From NCBI RefSeq assembly GCF_009914755.1, contig NC_060929.1: 64,000 nt of DNA; one strand, 5' to 3'. The DNA comes from the human T2T-CHM13v2.0 reference genome, Homo sapiens. Position numbers and translations under genes: made by a program. The notes beneath the pieces are model-generated. The model saw only the letters and a program-made list of their open reading frames with translations, did no database searches and was not told the origin of the DNA. Positions 19,691 to 37,450 of this stretch are shown here, piece after piece (position 1 is the first letter of the stretch; each line of letters opens with the position of its first letter).

Positions 19691-21544
19691 TTATTGGTTA
19701 ATGGTATTGCTCCTCCTTACACAAGGAGATAAAAGATGTTACACAAAAGAAAAAAGATACAAATGAGTTAACCAGTGTGTTTGAAAAACTAAAATCCAAG
19801 GAAATCTCAAGGATATAAGCTGTCAATGCCATGCAGTTCCTACGGTTAGGAAAGTCAAGGTTTTGTCATAGTTACTGGTATATAGTTAGATACACTAGGG
19901 AAAGATGAATGTGAACCCCAGGAAATAAGATAATGGGCCTATGGTTTGGGGATAGGTTTCCACTTATTCTGTTCGTCCTGAGTCTGGCTATGCTTCTTAT
20001 CAGCAACACTCACTAGAACCCCTAGCCAACTGAAAGATCTGACGATAAAAAGATATTAATATTAAACAGTTAAGTTTGGAGACTACTGAATTATGTTTAT
20101 GTATCTTTGTTATCCATTAGCCGATTTGCAATAACACCCAAAGGGATAAATAATGCTACAGCCTATAAAAATAATCTGAGGACATGTTAATCTGGACCAA
20201 AAGTAGAACAATATCTGAATATCAGGCTGCCTTTTTGGGCCACCACAAAGCAGCAAAAATGGATTCAATTCTCTAGAAGATTTCCAGACAAGGGAGAATT
20301 AAGGACAGGATAATGTGCAATTGACTCTCTTTGAGAAAGATGAAGTTTGGAAATAGGAAGATAATGCCTCTCCTCTTTGCTCACAGGGTACTCTGGGAAA
20401 AATACTAATACATTTTAAAAAGACTATTTTATATATGTTTACATCTCCCTACGAGACAGTAACATTTTCTAAAGCATATATAGGGGTTATTTATATCTCA
20501 ATCTCTAGCAATTAGCACAGCTCCTTGGCCCCAGAACTGGTTCATAAAAATTGAAATTAAATCACAATGTCTCTCCATAGAACGATGCAGCCTAAACCTA
20601 GAATGTCATAATCTGTCACACTCTGGAGGCTCCTAGATGTTCCTTTACTGTGTGACTATGTTACTCCTTATTAATAAAAATCATGATTAGTCATCATCCA
20701 AAGAGTACTGACCACCCCAGTGCCAGGCATTAATCTTTTAGTATTATTTTGTTGAAAACGTTTTAAAAATTTATTTTCAAATGACATTTCTTTCTGTAGC
20801 ATAAGTATAGACATTTTCTACTGGAAACCAGGATGAAGAGACGCTTCACTTAACAAAACTACTTCAAGCTCAATCTCTGGAAGAATTAATATACTCTATT
20901 ATATAAGTGATACTAGTTGTTAGTTTAGGAAAAAAGTTTCTCATAAAGCTTGGAACAGAAAGAAAAAAAAATCCTTAGTTACACTCAATTGAATCATAAA
21001 CCTCAAGCAAATAAAGGATAAGGTCCTGTTTCATGACTTGGCTGGCTTGGTTTAAATAAGTAATGTGAAGAATATGATTATCGCAGTATATCATGATTCT
21101 GCACTGTGTCAGAGATAAAGTTTTATGTGATTTTTTTTCTAATAAATAAAGCTAAAAGTGACAAGAGGTAATTATCACTGGTTTGACAACTGAGTCCAGT
21201 CCAAAACCACAACTTTTATTCAGATCATCGAGATTACTGAGTTATACTTGGTGAATCTCTCTTGGAGGCAATCATGGAACAGCAAGAAAAAGGGAAAGAC
21301 AAAAGTGGTTCTAGAGTTCCCCACTACACTCCCTACTTTTACCTGTTTTAACAATTGGTCTTCCATCTAAAAGTCTGTTTGAACAAAGGGTTCCATGGCT
21401 AAGAAAATTTGACTTTTGAACGTCTGTCAATTTACAACAGAGAAATTCAAATTCTTATGGGGAAAACTCTAGTAGTTATACTTTAATAAAAAACCAAATT
21501 TTTATAACGTTAACACTAGCCACTTCAAACCAGTGACTGACCTA

Positions 21545-22171
<627 letters not shown>

Positions 22172-22289
22172 TTAAGCATGAAAATAGGTTACTTGTGTTC
22201 ATTTACGGTTTTAACGAAAGTATGTATGCATGTGAACATATATATTATTTCCATGCTGTGTATCCCCAGCAGCTTTCTTCTCATTCCCA

Positions 22290-23750
22290 TCAGCACACAG
22301 ATATAATATCTCCCATCTATTAAAAAAATAGCCACACTGCTTCAATTCTGTATCTCTTTTCTACTACTACCTTTCTTTGATCTTTACAGCCAAACTTGTC
22401 TACATGTGCTTTTCCAATTTGTTTCCTCCTACTCTCTCATACCATTTCAAACAGGCTTTTTATAACGTTAACACTAGCCACTTCAAACCAGTGAGTGACC
22501 TAAATAATAGTATCACAAAATTGAAAAATTATGAAAAAATGATTATATTCTAAACAAACACACCCACATCCAGAATCAATAATAGCATGTACGGGCCAGG
22601 CGCAATGGCTCACCCCTGTAATCCTAGCACTTTGGGAGGCCAAAGTGCTTCCAAGATCACCCTTGTTGAGACTACAATGACTTCAATGTTGCTAAATCCA
22701 AAGGTCAATTCTTAGTCCTCATCATATGTGGTCTGTCAGTTGACCTCTTTGAACATTTTCTTCACTTAACTCTTGGGACACCATTCTCTCCAGGTGTTCT
22801 TCCTTCCTCACAGATCATACCTTCTTAGTCTTTTCTATTTGTACTTCATCTTTTTCCTTGACCTCTAAATTCTGGAGTTCCTCAAAGGTCAATCCTATGA
22901 CCTTTTATTTTCTCTTATTTAGACTCATTCTTGGTGATCTCATCTAGGTTAATGGTTTAAATACCACATATACACTGATTTTAATGTAGACTTCTCTAAC
23001 TCCCAGGCATCTCAAACTTAGCATGTCCAAAATGGAATCTCTGATTCTGTCCCACCCTCCAACTCCAAAATGCTGTTCCTGTAGCTTTCCTGTTTCTATA
23101 CATGGTAGATTTCTCCTTCCAGTTAATTTGCTACTCAGGGGAAAAACCTTGGTGTCACCATTGACTCATCCCTTCCTTCACATCCATATCCAATCTCAAA
23201 TCATGTTGGTTCAACCTGCAGAACACATTCAGAATCTGACCACTTTTCATCACCTTCACAACTATCACTGTAATCAGAATTACAACCATTTCTTGCCTAG
23301 ATTATTGTAATAGCCTCTTAACTTGTCTTCCTAATTCTTTGTCTCCCCAGAGTCTATTAATTCAGCAAGCAGAGTGACCCTCTGAAAACACTGAGATCAC
23401 TGATTGATGAGATCACATCTCTTCTCTGCTCAAAATACTCCCACTCCAATAGCTGCTAATCTGAATCAAAATTTGATGAGGTTTCACCTTATTAGTGAGA
23501 CTTTTCTTGACCACCCTACATAAAACAGTAGTCTCCTGTCCCGTTAGTACTTCCTATCTCCCTTACTCTGCTTTTTTTTATCCATAGTACTTACTAACAA
23601 TTGATATACATTTCCTTTAGTTATTTATTGCACATCTCCTTCCATCAGAATGTAAATTCCATGAGGGCAGGGACTTTGTTTTGTTCACTGCTGAGATTAA
23701 AAGTTCCTGGCACCTAACAGTCTCTTAATATTGAATGAATGAATGAATCA
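22290..23750 (+). mobile_element. L2 3' region, interrupted by the 185-bp copy
   Basis: caatgacttcaatgttgctaaatccaaagg; ggcatctcaaacttagcatgtccaaa; terminal tgaatgaatgaatgaat. Confidence 0.8.
22457..22641 (+). repeat. 185-bp near-perfect copy of 21499-21683
   Basis: 4 mismatches by eye; offset 958 bp. Confidence 0.95.
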
Positions 23751-23936
23751 CAGAGATTACAAAGTTCATATTGTCAGAATGAAACTGGGTTTTTAATTTG
23801 TCTTTGAGTCTATTCCTTTAAATAAATTTTAACCTCCCAGAGGCAATATTTCATTAACTAAAAAAAATTTTATTAAAAACCCTGAAACTTAAATTCATTT
23901 ATCAGGATTCATGGCTTTAAGAATAATGAATACTTA

Positions 23937-24026
<90 letters not shown>

Positions 24027-24726
24027 CTAAAATGTTGCAAAACAGGTGTAAGCTAATGAACAGGTCATTACTCTTTAAAGAACAATAAAAGTAAATATAC
24101 CTTTCTACAACCAGAAAAAAAACACACAAACCTTTATAAAATTGTAGTTAACACATGGTTATTTATGCATAGCTTATTTATTCACTGCGTAGAATTAGCC
24201 ACACATAAAAAGCAAATTTTAAACAAAAGTTTGAATTCACTTTTCCACAAAAAATGAACATTTACAAAATGTTATGCACTGTGCTGGGGTTACAAAAATG
24301 AATGTTAAAAAGTTTCTAAACACTCTAAAATTAGTGTCAAAAAGCCCCCAAGAAGCTTACAGTCTCTTAGGGTATATCCTTTCCTATTTTGTAAGTCTCT
24401 GACATTTGTTGAAATGTGCTCAAAATATTTAAATTGGAAACAAATTTAGGAAATACTCATCTTCGGACATATTAGGAAATGAGGCATTCTAAGAGATCAG
24501 ACATTTTGGTTTATAGGGCACTGAACTTTTTCTCCAGGCCACAATATGCAATATAAATCTATTATGTGAAAAATATACACTGTTGTAGTCTGATTCAAGT
24601 GTTAAGACTCTCCATACATCTTTTCCCCTAAGCTTACTGTCTTCAATCTTACTGTTTACAAAGCCCTGTTATTACTTTCTTTAAAATACCTTAGATTTAT
24701 GCCCTTTGACATTTAGAATGCTAGTA

Positions 24727-24764
24727 TTAGGAATGGCAAAAACTGCAATTACTTTTGCACCAAC
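24727..24764. mobile_element. Partial MADE1 (Hsmar1 MITE)
   Basis: aatggcaaaaactgcaattacttttgcaccaac matches one Hsmar1 TIR. Confidence 0.8.
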
Positions 24765-24898
24765 ATATACTTGTAAGGAGGCATATACCTCATTACTCCA
24801 CAAGTGTTCTAGCTCTTGCCATCATACCTAACCTATTCTATGTACCAATACCAGACTAACCTGCTGATGTTAATATTCCATTTAAAAATATATACATT

Positions 24899-25262
<364 letters not shown>

Positions 25263-25552
25263 TTAATCCACCTGTACAGTCCTAGTTCTCCCAATATTCT
25301 CTCCAATACACACCAAGAAACGCAGTCAGGACAGTCACCTCAGTGTCACCTAAACACATAGGACTCACATAGATTCATGTCATTGCCCATACCACTTCTC
25401 TGCCAAAATGCACTGTCTTAGGGTCAAATAATATCCAAGCTTCATGGCTCCACTCAGCTCCACTCACTACCTGAAACCTCCTCCATCAACTATTCTATCA
25501 CTTACTGAAGTTTCTCTAAATTCAGTATATAATTAAAAAAAAAATTGTTCTT

Positions 25553-25928
<376 letters not shown>

Positions 25929-26712
25929 TCACCCTACACTACCCCAGCAATTAATTTCAAAAGGTTGTCTATTGCTTACCTTCTGTGAACAAGAACCAAA
26001 CCACTTCCCACTTCCCAGATATTTTTCTTTGCTTTGTTTTTAAATACTTTTTTTCAGTGTAGACCATTTTGAGCATACCTAGACAGATCAATAGCACGTG
26101 ATAAACTTAAAGATTGTGAATATTTGTCTAGAACTTGTGCTATCGCCTAGACCTCATGCTATAGCCCAATCTTTATCTTCTTGTTCCTCTCTTATGAATA
26201 ATCAATACATTAAGGAGTGCATTTATGTGCAACCAGATTCCATTCCTATACCTTCAATATAAATATCCTGAAAAACACCTACTACCCTTTTGGGAAAATG
26301 TGTAAATGATCCCTACCAAGCTGCTCATTTACTGACTGAATATTACAAGATACAAACTATTAGTATAAGAAGTACATTGACATGTATGGTATCAGTATTA
26401 CTAATTTATGCTGCCTTAAGAAATCTCCCATGATTAGTGAAAATTTAAGTATATAACCCACTCAAAGAACAAGCTGAATCCTCAAGAAACAGGTGTTCAC
26501 ACACTGTAGCAATCTTTAATTCACATTGTTTTGAAAAATGAAGATAAACTATGACAAATCCTACTGGCAGGATTATAAAAACACAATATTATCTTTTGTT
26601 TAACTTAGTTATTGTTGGATATATTTAATTTGGATATTATTATATTTAACAATCTATGCTGAACTTAATTTTGAAGGCAAAGTTAAAAATAAAGGATTTT
26701 TTTTTTTAATGT

Positions 26713-26876
26713 CAGGGGACAGTATAAATGTAGTCCGCCAGTGCCACAAAATATGCAGTCAAGTTCCAATATTTGGGGAAACTGCAGGGGTCAGCACACC
26801 TGAAGTGCAATGAATAGGCCTAACCCTGAGAAAACCGTCTTTGAGATTTTGACATTTCATCTGCCAGGTTAAGCAT
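26713..26876 (-). pseudogene. U1 snRNA retropseudogene, full length and diverged, in RIOK2 intron 4
   Basis: Minus strand reads ATGCTTAACCTGGCAG...CATTGCACT...GTGCTGACCCCTGC...TTCCCCAAAT...GACTGCATATTTTGTGG...TCCCCTG, colinear with U1; A-tail at about 26697-26707. Confidence 0.92.
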
Positions 26877-26879
26877 TTT

Positions 26880-27432
<553 letters not shown>

Positions 27433-27815
27433 TAAATGTTTGTTCCTTTATGTGAAACAAAAAACTAGCCAACTTATCTGAGACACTAAGGTTTCTACAG
27501 ATGATAATTACCTGGTGTTTTCAATTAGAAACAGACATATGTATAGTTACATATATTGAATAGATATATATACATCCACACATACATATTTGTGAGGTAA
27601 CAGCATCATTAATTACTTTTGGCTCTTTCATCTTGTCAGCATTACAGAATGTGTTGCCCTTATGCATTAGTAACAATTTAAAATACCTTAACGTAGAAGG
27701 AAATCACTTAAAAGAGCCCAAATAATCAACAGAGTTATTTAAGATTGAGTCTGTCTGTAGGAATTGAGTCTAAGGTTAGAGAGATGTGGGGACAACAGAA
27801 TCACACTTGTCATTA

Positions 27816-28265
<450 letters not shown>

Positions 28266-28486
28266 TTATTAGAAGAAAATTAATTCCTGGTATAAATGAA
28301 TTTTCAGTGATAGACGTTCAGAGAAAATAATAACCTACTAATTAAGGACACCTTCTGATTTGTACTGCTTCCAATCAACTTTCCAACTTACTGTTTAGTT
28401 AGAAAAAAGGGAAAATTAAAAGAGGAAAGGTTTCTGAAGGGAAAACATAAACTAAAGCAAAGAAAATACTTTGCACAGTACTATTA

Positions 28487-28675
<189 letters not shown>

Positions 28676-29029
28676 TCAAGTCATAAGAAAGATTTAACAA
28701 TAAAGTCTTCATTGGAAAAAGATAAACTGCCCAGGCTCACAAGCTTCCAATTTCTTCCTATAATTTGCATTTCTTCTCCAGTGTACTGATAATCAAAATG
28801 TGACCTACAGACAGGTCTGTAAGTGTTTGTGACAAGATAAAAGGAGGAATTTAAGTTCAATTTGTATATCAATTTGACCTAGAATTTATGTCTGTTTTTG
28901 TATATCTGTTATCCATTTCATTTTTCTAGTAATTATTTTTTTGTATTTTATAAAAGTAAGGATCTGTGATAGGTTGGAAAAAACTAATCCTTCACCACAG
29001 ATGGTTTCAGAAGTAATGATCTAGGGTAT

Positions 29030-29983
<954 letters not shown>

Positions 29984-30357
29984 TTAAAGGAATCATTATA
30001 TAATCATAATCAACACAAAGCCTTGTCTATCAAAACCCTGCGAAATTAACTTCTCCTTGAAACTTTCCTGACTATGCAGTTCTCCAACTAATTCTGAGAC
30101 ATAATCACTTCCGTCTCTTGAAAATATTTTTAATTGCAATTTGAAATCTAATCATTGATATTTGTATTGGCTTTCCATTTCAAGAGTAGGAACTGTGAGT
30201 GCTAGACATACTGATGACATTTGGTCAATGCTAAAATACTTGATGACACCTAAACATTTGTCTTTAAAAACTACAGATATGCCAGATATTTATTAAGCAG
30301 GTATTTAATGAGAAAGTACTACATGTAGGCATCGTAGAGGATATATATATATATATG

Positions 30358-30742
30358 AATGATAGACTGGATAAAGAAAATGTGGCACATATACACCATG
30401 GAATACTATGCAGCCATAAAAAAGGATGAGTTCATGCCTTTTGCAGGGACATGGGTGAAGCTGGAAACCATCATTCTCAGAAAACTAACACAAGAGCAGA
30501 AAACCAAACACCACATTTTCTCACTCATAAGTGGGAGTTGAACAGTAAGAATATGTGGACACAGAAAGGGGAACATCACACACTGGGGCCTGTCGGGGGG
30601 TGGGGGGCTAGGGGAGGGATAGCATTAGGAGAAATACCTAATGTAGATGGGATGGGTTGATGGGTACAGCAAACCACTATAGCATGTGTATACCTATGTA
30701 ACAAACCTGCACGTTCTGCACATGTACCCCAGAACTTAAAAG
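30358..30742 (+). mobile_element. 5'-truncated L1PA 3' end
   Basis: DWIKKMWHIYTMEYYAAIKKDEFM; G-rich 3' UTR; ends cccagaacttaaaag. Confidence 0.92.
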
Positions 30743-30930
30743 TATTTTATATATATATATATAATATATATATATAAAATATATATATATTATATATATA
30801 TAATATATATATAATATATATATTATATATATATTTTTAAATTTATTCCTCAGAGGTAAAAAGCACATATATATATATATCTCTATCCTACATGCTCTTC
30901 TGCATGTGTATATGTGTATATATATATATG

Positions 30931-30961
<31 letters not shown>

Positions 30962-30979
30962 GTGCTTTTTACCTCTGAG
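30743..30979. repeat. (TA)n-rich tract with an inverted repeat
   Basis: ctcagaggtaaaaagcac (30849-30866) is the reverse complement of gtgctttttacctctgag (30962-30979). Confidence 0.9.
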
Positions 30980-31790
30980 AAATTTTTATCTCATGATGGA
31001 AATTTTAAAAAATGGTATACATCTAAGTTTATTAGAAGTTAAGAAGTGATAAGTGCTTAAAAAGGTAGCTCAGGGCAGAATAAGAATACTTCTAGCTGAG
31101 GGATCAGTTCCAAGGAAGATGCAAAACTAGAGACTGACTTTTAAAAGATGTGGGCATACAGAGAAAACAGACAAGGGGATATTAGTGAAAGAAAAAGATT
31201 TGAAAATGGCACATATGCAAGAAAGTACTGACCACAGAGAATAGCTGAGTACAGTAGCAGCTCAGATGGGATAGCATATAGAATTCATGCAAACGCGGCT
31301 GGAAGATACTTCTAGGATAGAGAAGGCATTAAAATGTAGACCAAATACTTTTATATTTTATCCTGATGAGAGCAGGAAGCTCTTGAAGATGTTTAGGCGT
31401 GGGAGACACACGAACAGGGTTATTTTAAGGACATTAATGTACCAGGAATATGCAAATTGGCTTAGAGATGGCAAAATCTGAGGGGGTACTCTGGAGAACT
31501 AAGACAGAAGTCCAGCTCAGAGGAAAGAGCCACCAGAACAGGGTAAGTGGTAGTGGTACTGGAAGGAAGGAATAAAAATCTTTAGGAAGTATTATGGGAG
31601 AGCTTGGCAATTAGATGTGGAAGGGTAAAGGGAACGGAAAGCCACAATTGGAAGTGATGAGGAAAAGCAAGTTTTAAGATTTTATTATTTTTTTTTTTTA
31701 TAGAGCTTGGGAAAAGAGAAAGGGGGTAGAAAAAAATTGAATTTGGTTTGAGCACTGAGAGTCAAATAAAAATGTTTAAAGGAAAACTGG

Positions 31791-32160
<370 letters not shown>

Positions 32161-32989
32161 TTATTTTATAGAAGTGAGAGTTGAAGATGTGAAGTGGATG
32201 CTATCACTGAGCAGGAGATAATGGAAGAAAAGGAATGTTTGGGAGCAGAATTCTGGGGCAAGTTCATATTGAAAGCTAAGGGCAGCTAGTCAAACAATGA
32301 TTATTGATATAGGAGGAGCCAAAGAAGTAAAAGGGAAGAGAGGCCCAAGAAAGGGTACCAACACTGGTGAGATTCAACTGAGACCGGAATGTCATATTTA
32401 ATGACTAAGTCATTTCTTGGTGAACTTTACAAATAATTTAAATATTGCAGCGCCAATGTTTTGGAAGATAAATCTGGCATCATTTTGATGTCTCACCAAA
32501 ACCTTAACTTTTAAATTTAACTTATTTTCCATGCTTTGTCTCTGCCTCCCCCGTCCTCTAACACTCTTACTTTTGACCCCTACTTCTGTCAGAGACACTA
32601 AGGAATGAGTGTGCTGAGAAAGCAGGAAAGGAAGGTATCTTTCCGAAGTGATAGTAGGTTTTCATAGAGAAAGTCCAGCTGATTAGAAGAATCTACATGA
32701 GAGGCAAAGTAAACATTGTCTTCCAAATTTCACACTGATTTTGCATTTGATAGTTTAATACTTAAGCGCTATTTAAGATTAATTTTAAAAATCCAAAACT
32801 TGAAGCCTTAACATAATGCAAGAACCAGTGTGACTCACATCGCATATCCTATTACATAATTACACAATATAGGTAGTCCTTATCATGGGGTTCACTCCTT
32901 ACCAAAAGATAACGGCTCCTAAATAAATGTACTGCTTTACTGTACAAATGTCTTGATCTATATATTAATTTCTGTGCCATAAGACTGAG

Positions 32990-33535
32990 GCCATAAAATC
33001 AGATTTTGTTACTCCCCTGATTAAAAACATTTAGTGGTTACCCCCACATTCTTTACCAAACCTCCAAGGCTCTGTAGTACATAATTTCTCACCTTTTCCG
33101 CTACATCTCCAACCATTAGTGTGCATCTCACTTTGCTCCAGCCACATTACATTGGCCTTTCCTCTCTTCAAAGACTTTTCTGTCTCAAGGCCTTTGCACT
33201 TACTACTGCTGTTTCCTCTGCCTCCAACTCTTTCCAAGGACTTCACTGGGCTGTCTCTTTCTCACACAGCTCCTATTATTCCCCCATTCATTCTTTCATT
33301 TAGTGAATATTTATTGATTGTCTACCAAAGGCCAATAACTTGTGCCCCTCCTCTCCACCAGATACATATACTTTCTATGCCATTATCCTTTATCATTTTC
33401 ATAGCATTTATCCATTATCCTATTTTTCGTTTACTTGATGATCTGTGTCTCTCTCTCCACTTGTCTGTTTGAACAAGTGAACCTCCTAATGTTGCTACTA
33501 AAAACCCGACAAATATGTGTTGACTGAATGAATCA
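32990..33535 (+). mobile_element. L2 3' fragment
   Basis: ctcaaggcctttgcacttactactgctgtttcctctgcct; aaatatgtgttgactgaatgaat. Confidence 0.65.
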
Positions 33536-33591
33536 GAAAGACTGCTATGCGACTGAGTCTGTTAGTAGGGAAGTCAATATTATCAAATCTC

Positions 33592-33608
33592 GGGGGGGGG
33601 GGGGGGGG
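33592..33608 (+). repeat. G17 homopolymer in intron 1
   Basis: 17 consecutive G. Confidence 0.95.
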
Positions 33609-33829
33609 CTTAAACCTTTCACAGCTGGTCGGAAGCTCAGGATCAGAGAAGTTTCCAGGCCACAGAGATGCAAGCGTTTCTCTTCAGCGCAAAGCGAATA
33701 GCAGCAGAAAAGAAAACAATTATTAGAAGACGGGACCTTTGCTCTATCTGGGGGAAGGTAAGCTCCCAAACAAAACCTTTTTAAAAATCCGACTTTCTGA
33801 ATGCTCTCTTCTCCATTCCCAGCTTCTGC

Positions 33830-34147
<318 letters not shown>

Positions 34148-34499
34148 TTAGAAGTGCTGTTCTCATTGATATAGGAAAATAAAACTACTTGTATGTCTTA
34201 TGAAGCACATAGTATGTAACAAGTGAACGTTTTATTTTTGTGTAATTTTTGCGTTGTGACTGAGTTGGCGGAGTGTAGATATTCTCTACAATGTGCCTTT
34301 TTTTTTCCATATCTGTCAGGACTTGCTGCCTCAATGACACGTTCCGCCTCAGAGAGCAAAGTGGTTACTTAATGGGAGGAGCAAATTTTTCCCGCAAACA
34401 ACTTCTACTCTAGGCAAAGTGACTTCCAACAAGACAGGGGTAAAAGAACCTGAGCTAGAGTCCAGACAACCAAATCTGTTAAAGGTAAAGTGGACTGTA

Positions 34500-34760
34500 A
34501 TCACACAAGCACGCCCTCTACTCCTAATTGCGCCTGCTCCGGCAGCTCCGGAGGGCGTGGTTAATGGAACTCATGCGCTTGCTCAGTACTTCTCTTAGGT
34601 TGGTCTGGGAGGCTTCGAAGTGCGCCTGCGCTGGTTGGGGTGGGAGTTTAAGGTGACACGTGGAGAGCGCGGCGGACGTCCTTACCTCCAGAGGAAGTGG
34701 GGATTTTGATAGTTCGGGCTGACCTACGCGGGTAGGACTTCGAGGGCCCAGGAGCGATTT
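34500..34760. promoter_or_regulatory. Second CpG cluster upstream of RIOK2; possible divergent promoter or enhancer
   Basis: CpG-rich; TGCGCCTGCGC (NRF1-like, 34621-34631) and GGAAGTG (ETS-like, about 34693). Confidence 0.5.
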
Positions 34761-34916
34761 AAGGATTTTAGAATAGTTACCCATACTGGCTCTGCAACTC
34801 CTCGATATTCAAGCCTTTGTCTGCTTTTTACTTGAATGCAGCATGTCTTTGATTAACCATCTTCAACCAATGAACATCTCCATTTAAACGGAATTTTTCT
34901 TTCTGTACTTACATAA

Positions 34917-35232
<316 letters not shown>

Positions 35233-35261
35233 AAAAGTTTTTAAAAAAACCAAGTGACTAA

Positions 35262-36085
35262 CTTTATTTGTACAAATTTATGGGGTACGTGAGAAATTTT
35301 GTTACAAGTATTTAGGGTGTCTGTCATCCAAATACAATATATTTTTGTGTAACTATAGTTACCCTACTCTACTATCAAACAGTGAATATATTCCTTCTAT
35401 CTGACTCCATGTTTGTAACCTTTAACCTACTCTCTTCATCCTGTTCCCACTCCCCTCATCTTTCCCAGTCTGTTATCTGTCTTTCCACTCTCTACCTTAA
35501 TGTGATCAAATTTTTTAGCTTCCACATATAAGTAAGAGCGTGTGATATTTGTCTTTTTGTTCCTGGCTTATTTCCCTTAAGATAATGACCTCCAGCTCCA
35601 TCCACGTTACTGCAAATGGCAAGATTTCATTTTTTATGTCTGAATAGTACTCCATTGTGTATATATACCACATTTTCTTTATCCATTCATCTGTTGATGG
35701 ACACTTAGGTTGATTCTATAGCTTTGCTATTGTGAATAGTGCTGCGATAAACATGCAAGTGTAGGTATCCCTTTGATATACTGATTTCTTTCCTCTGGGT
35801 AGATACCCAATAGTGGGATTGCTGGATTGAATAATTCTATTTTTAATTTTTTGAGAAATCTCCATATACTTTTCCACAGTGGCTGTACTAATTTACATTC
35901 TCATCAACAGTGTATAAGAGTTCTCTTTTCTCCGCATCTTCACCAACATCCATTATTTTTTGTCTTTTTAACAGTAGCCATTTGGACTGGGGTAAGATAA
36001 TATCTCATTATGGCTTTGATTTTCATTTCTTATATACTTAGTGATGTTGAGCAATTTTTCATGTACCTGTTGGCCATTTGTATGC
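35262..36085 (-). mobile_element. L1MA-like 3' fragment
   Basis: tccattgtgtatatataccacattttctttatccattcatctgttgatggacacttagg. Confidence 0.85.
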
Positions 36086-36982
36086 AAATAACTAACTTCT
36101 AGAGCAAGAATGGAATGGGAAACAAGCCATTTATGTTTCTACTCCGAATCCAGCACTTTAGCAAATGTTCCTAATCTATTATGGTGTAATTCTTACATTA
36201 TTTCTCAACATTGCCTCAGACAGCCACCATTAACTGAGTGGAATTGACTAGAATTGCTATTGGTGTTCTGAAGTATGCCTTACGGTTAATCACATTAAGT
36301 CCAAATCTCTTATATTTGGAATATTACTTTTAAAATAAAATCATTTTAATAATCAGAACTTTGAAGAGTAAAAGTAAGTGATTGAAGTGCAGTTTGGTAT
36401 TCTGTTCTACTCCCTCATACCATGCTTAGTGATGAGTAAAACAAAACATGTACAGTATTATTCGTTAATGCATTCACTATTCATCAAACATATATGCCAT
36501 ACTTTTTTACTAGGTCCTGGGGAATCAATCTCAACCCTCATACCTGTGTTGGAGGGTGAAGAGTAGAAAAATAGAGAGTAGTGTGACACAGATGTGCAAA
36601 AGGTGTATCATGTTGGTGTTTCCTCCTCCCTTACCTCCCCTGCCCTGACCCTGTCCTTACAAGTTGCAGAGAACCTTAACTGTCTACAGATCAAAGTGCA
36701 CGTTTAGACTGGCATTCAGGATTGTCAACAATCTGTATCACCATCTTCAAGCAGTTTGTACTCTTGTCTAATTGAACTATTTTTGTTTTCCCTGTATAAC
36801 TCCCTTAAATTTCTTTTTTACTAAGTTTTCCCTTCACCTGTAATACTTTTCCCTCCACCTGTAATATTACCTCTTCCCTACTGTTTTTCTTCTTTTTCAA
36901 TCACAATATATGTAAATCTTATCTACCATTAAAATTCTATTCACCACATAAGGTTTTTCTTTATTATTCCTATTTATCTCTA

Positions 36983-37450
36983 TATTAATTTTCTCTTGCT
37001 GCTGTTAACATATTACCGCAAACTTTGACGACTTAAAACAATAGAACTTTATTCTCTTACAGTTCAGGAGGCTGGAAATAAGAGATTATTTTTACTGGGT
37101 CAAAATCAACGTGTTGACAGGACCATGTTCCCCCAAGAGGGGCTCTAGTGGAGAACTTGTTCCTTGCCTTTTGCAGCTCCTACTGGGATTTGGTGACTGC
37201 TGGCATTCTTTTGGCTTGTGGCACATCACTCCAGTCTCTGTCTCCATGCTTACGTTATTGCCTTCTCTACTCGTGAGTGTGTGTGTTTCCTTCTGTCTCT
37301 GTCTTATACAAATACATGTAATTGCACTTAGGATCCACTCAGACCCTTAATAACATCTGTAAAATATTTTTTTCCATATAGGATAAATTCTTAGGTTCTA
37401 GAAATTAGTATGTGGATATTTTTGGATGGGTCATCATTCAACCTCTCACA
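36983..37450. mobile_element. MLT1-like MaLR LTR
   Basis: ttgctgctgttaacatattaccgcaaact...acttaaaacaa...ttattctcttacagttc. Confidence 0.75.

Noticed and set aside
34524-34784. 86-aa ATG-initiated ORF upstream of RIOK2
   Set aside because: No recognisable homology; plausible by chance in a CpG-rich region. Kept only as part of the promoter finding.
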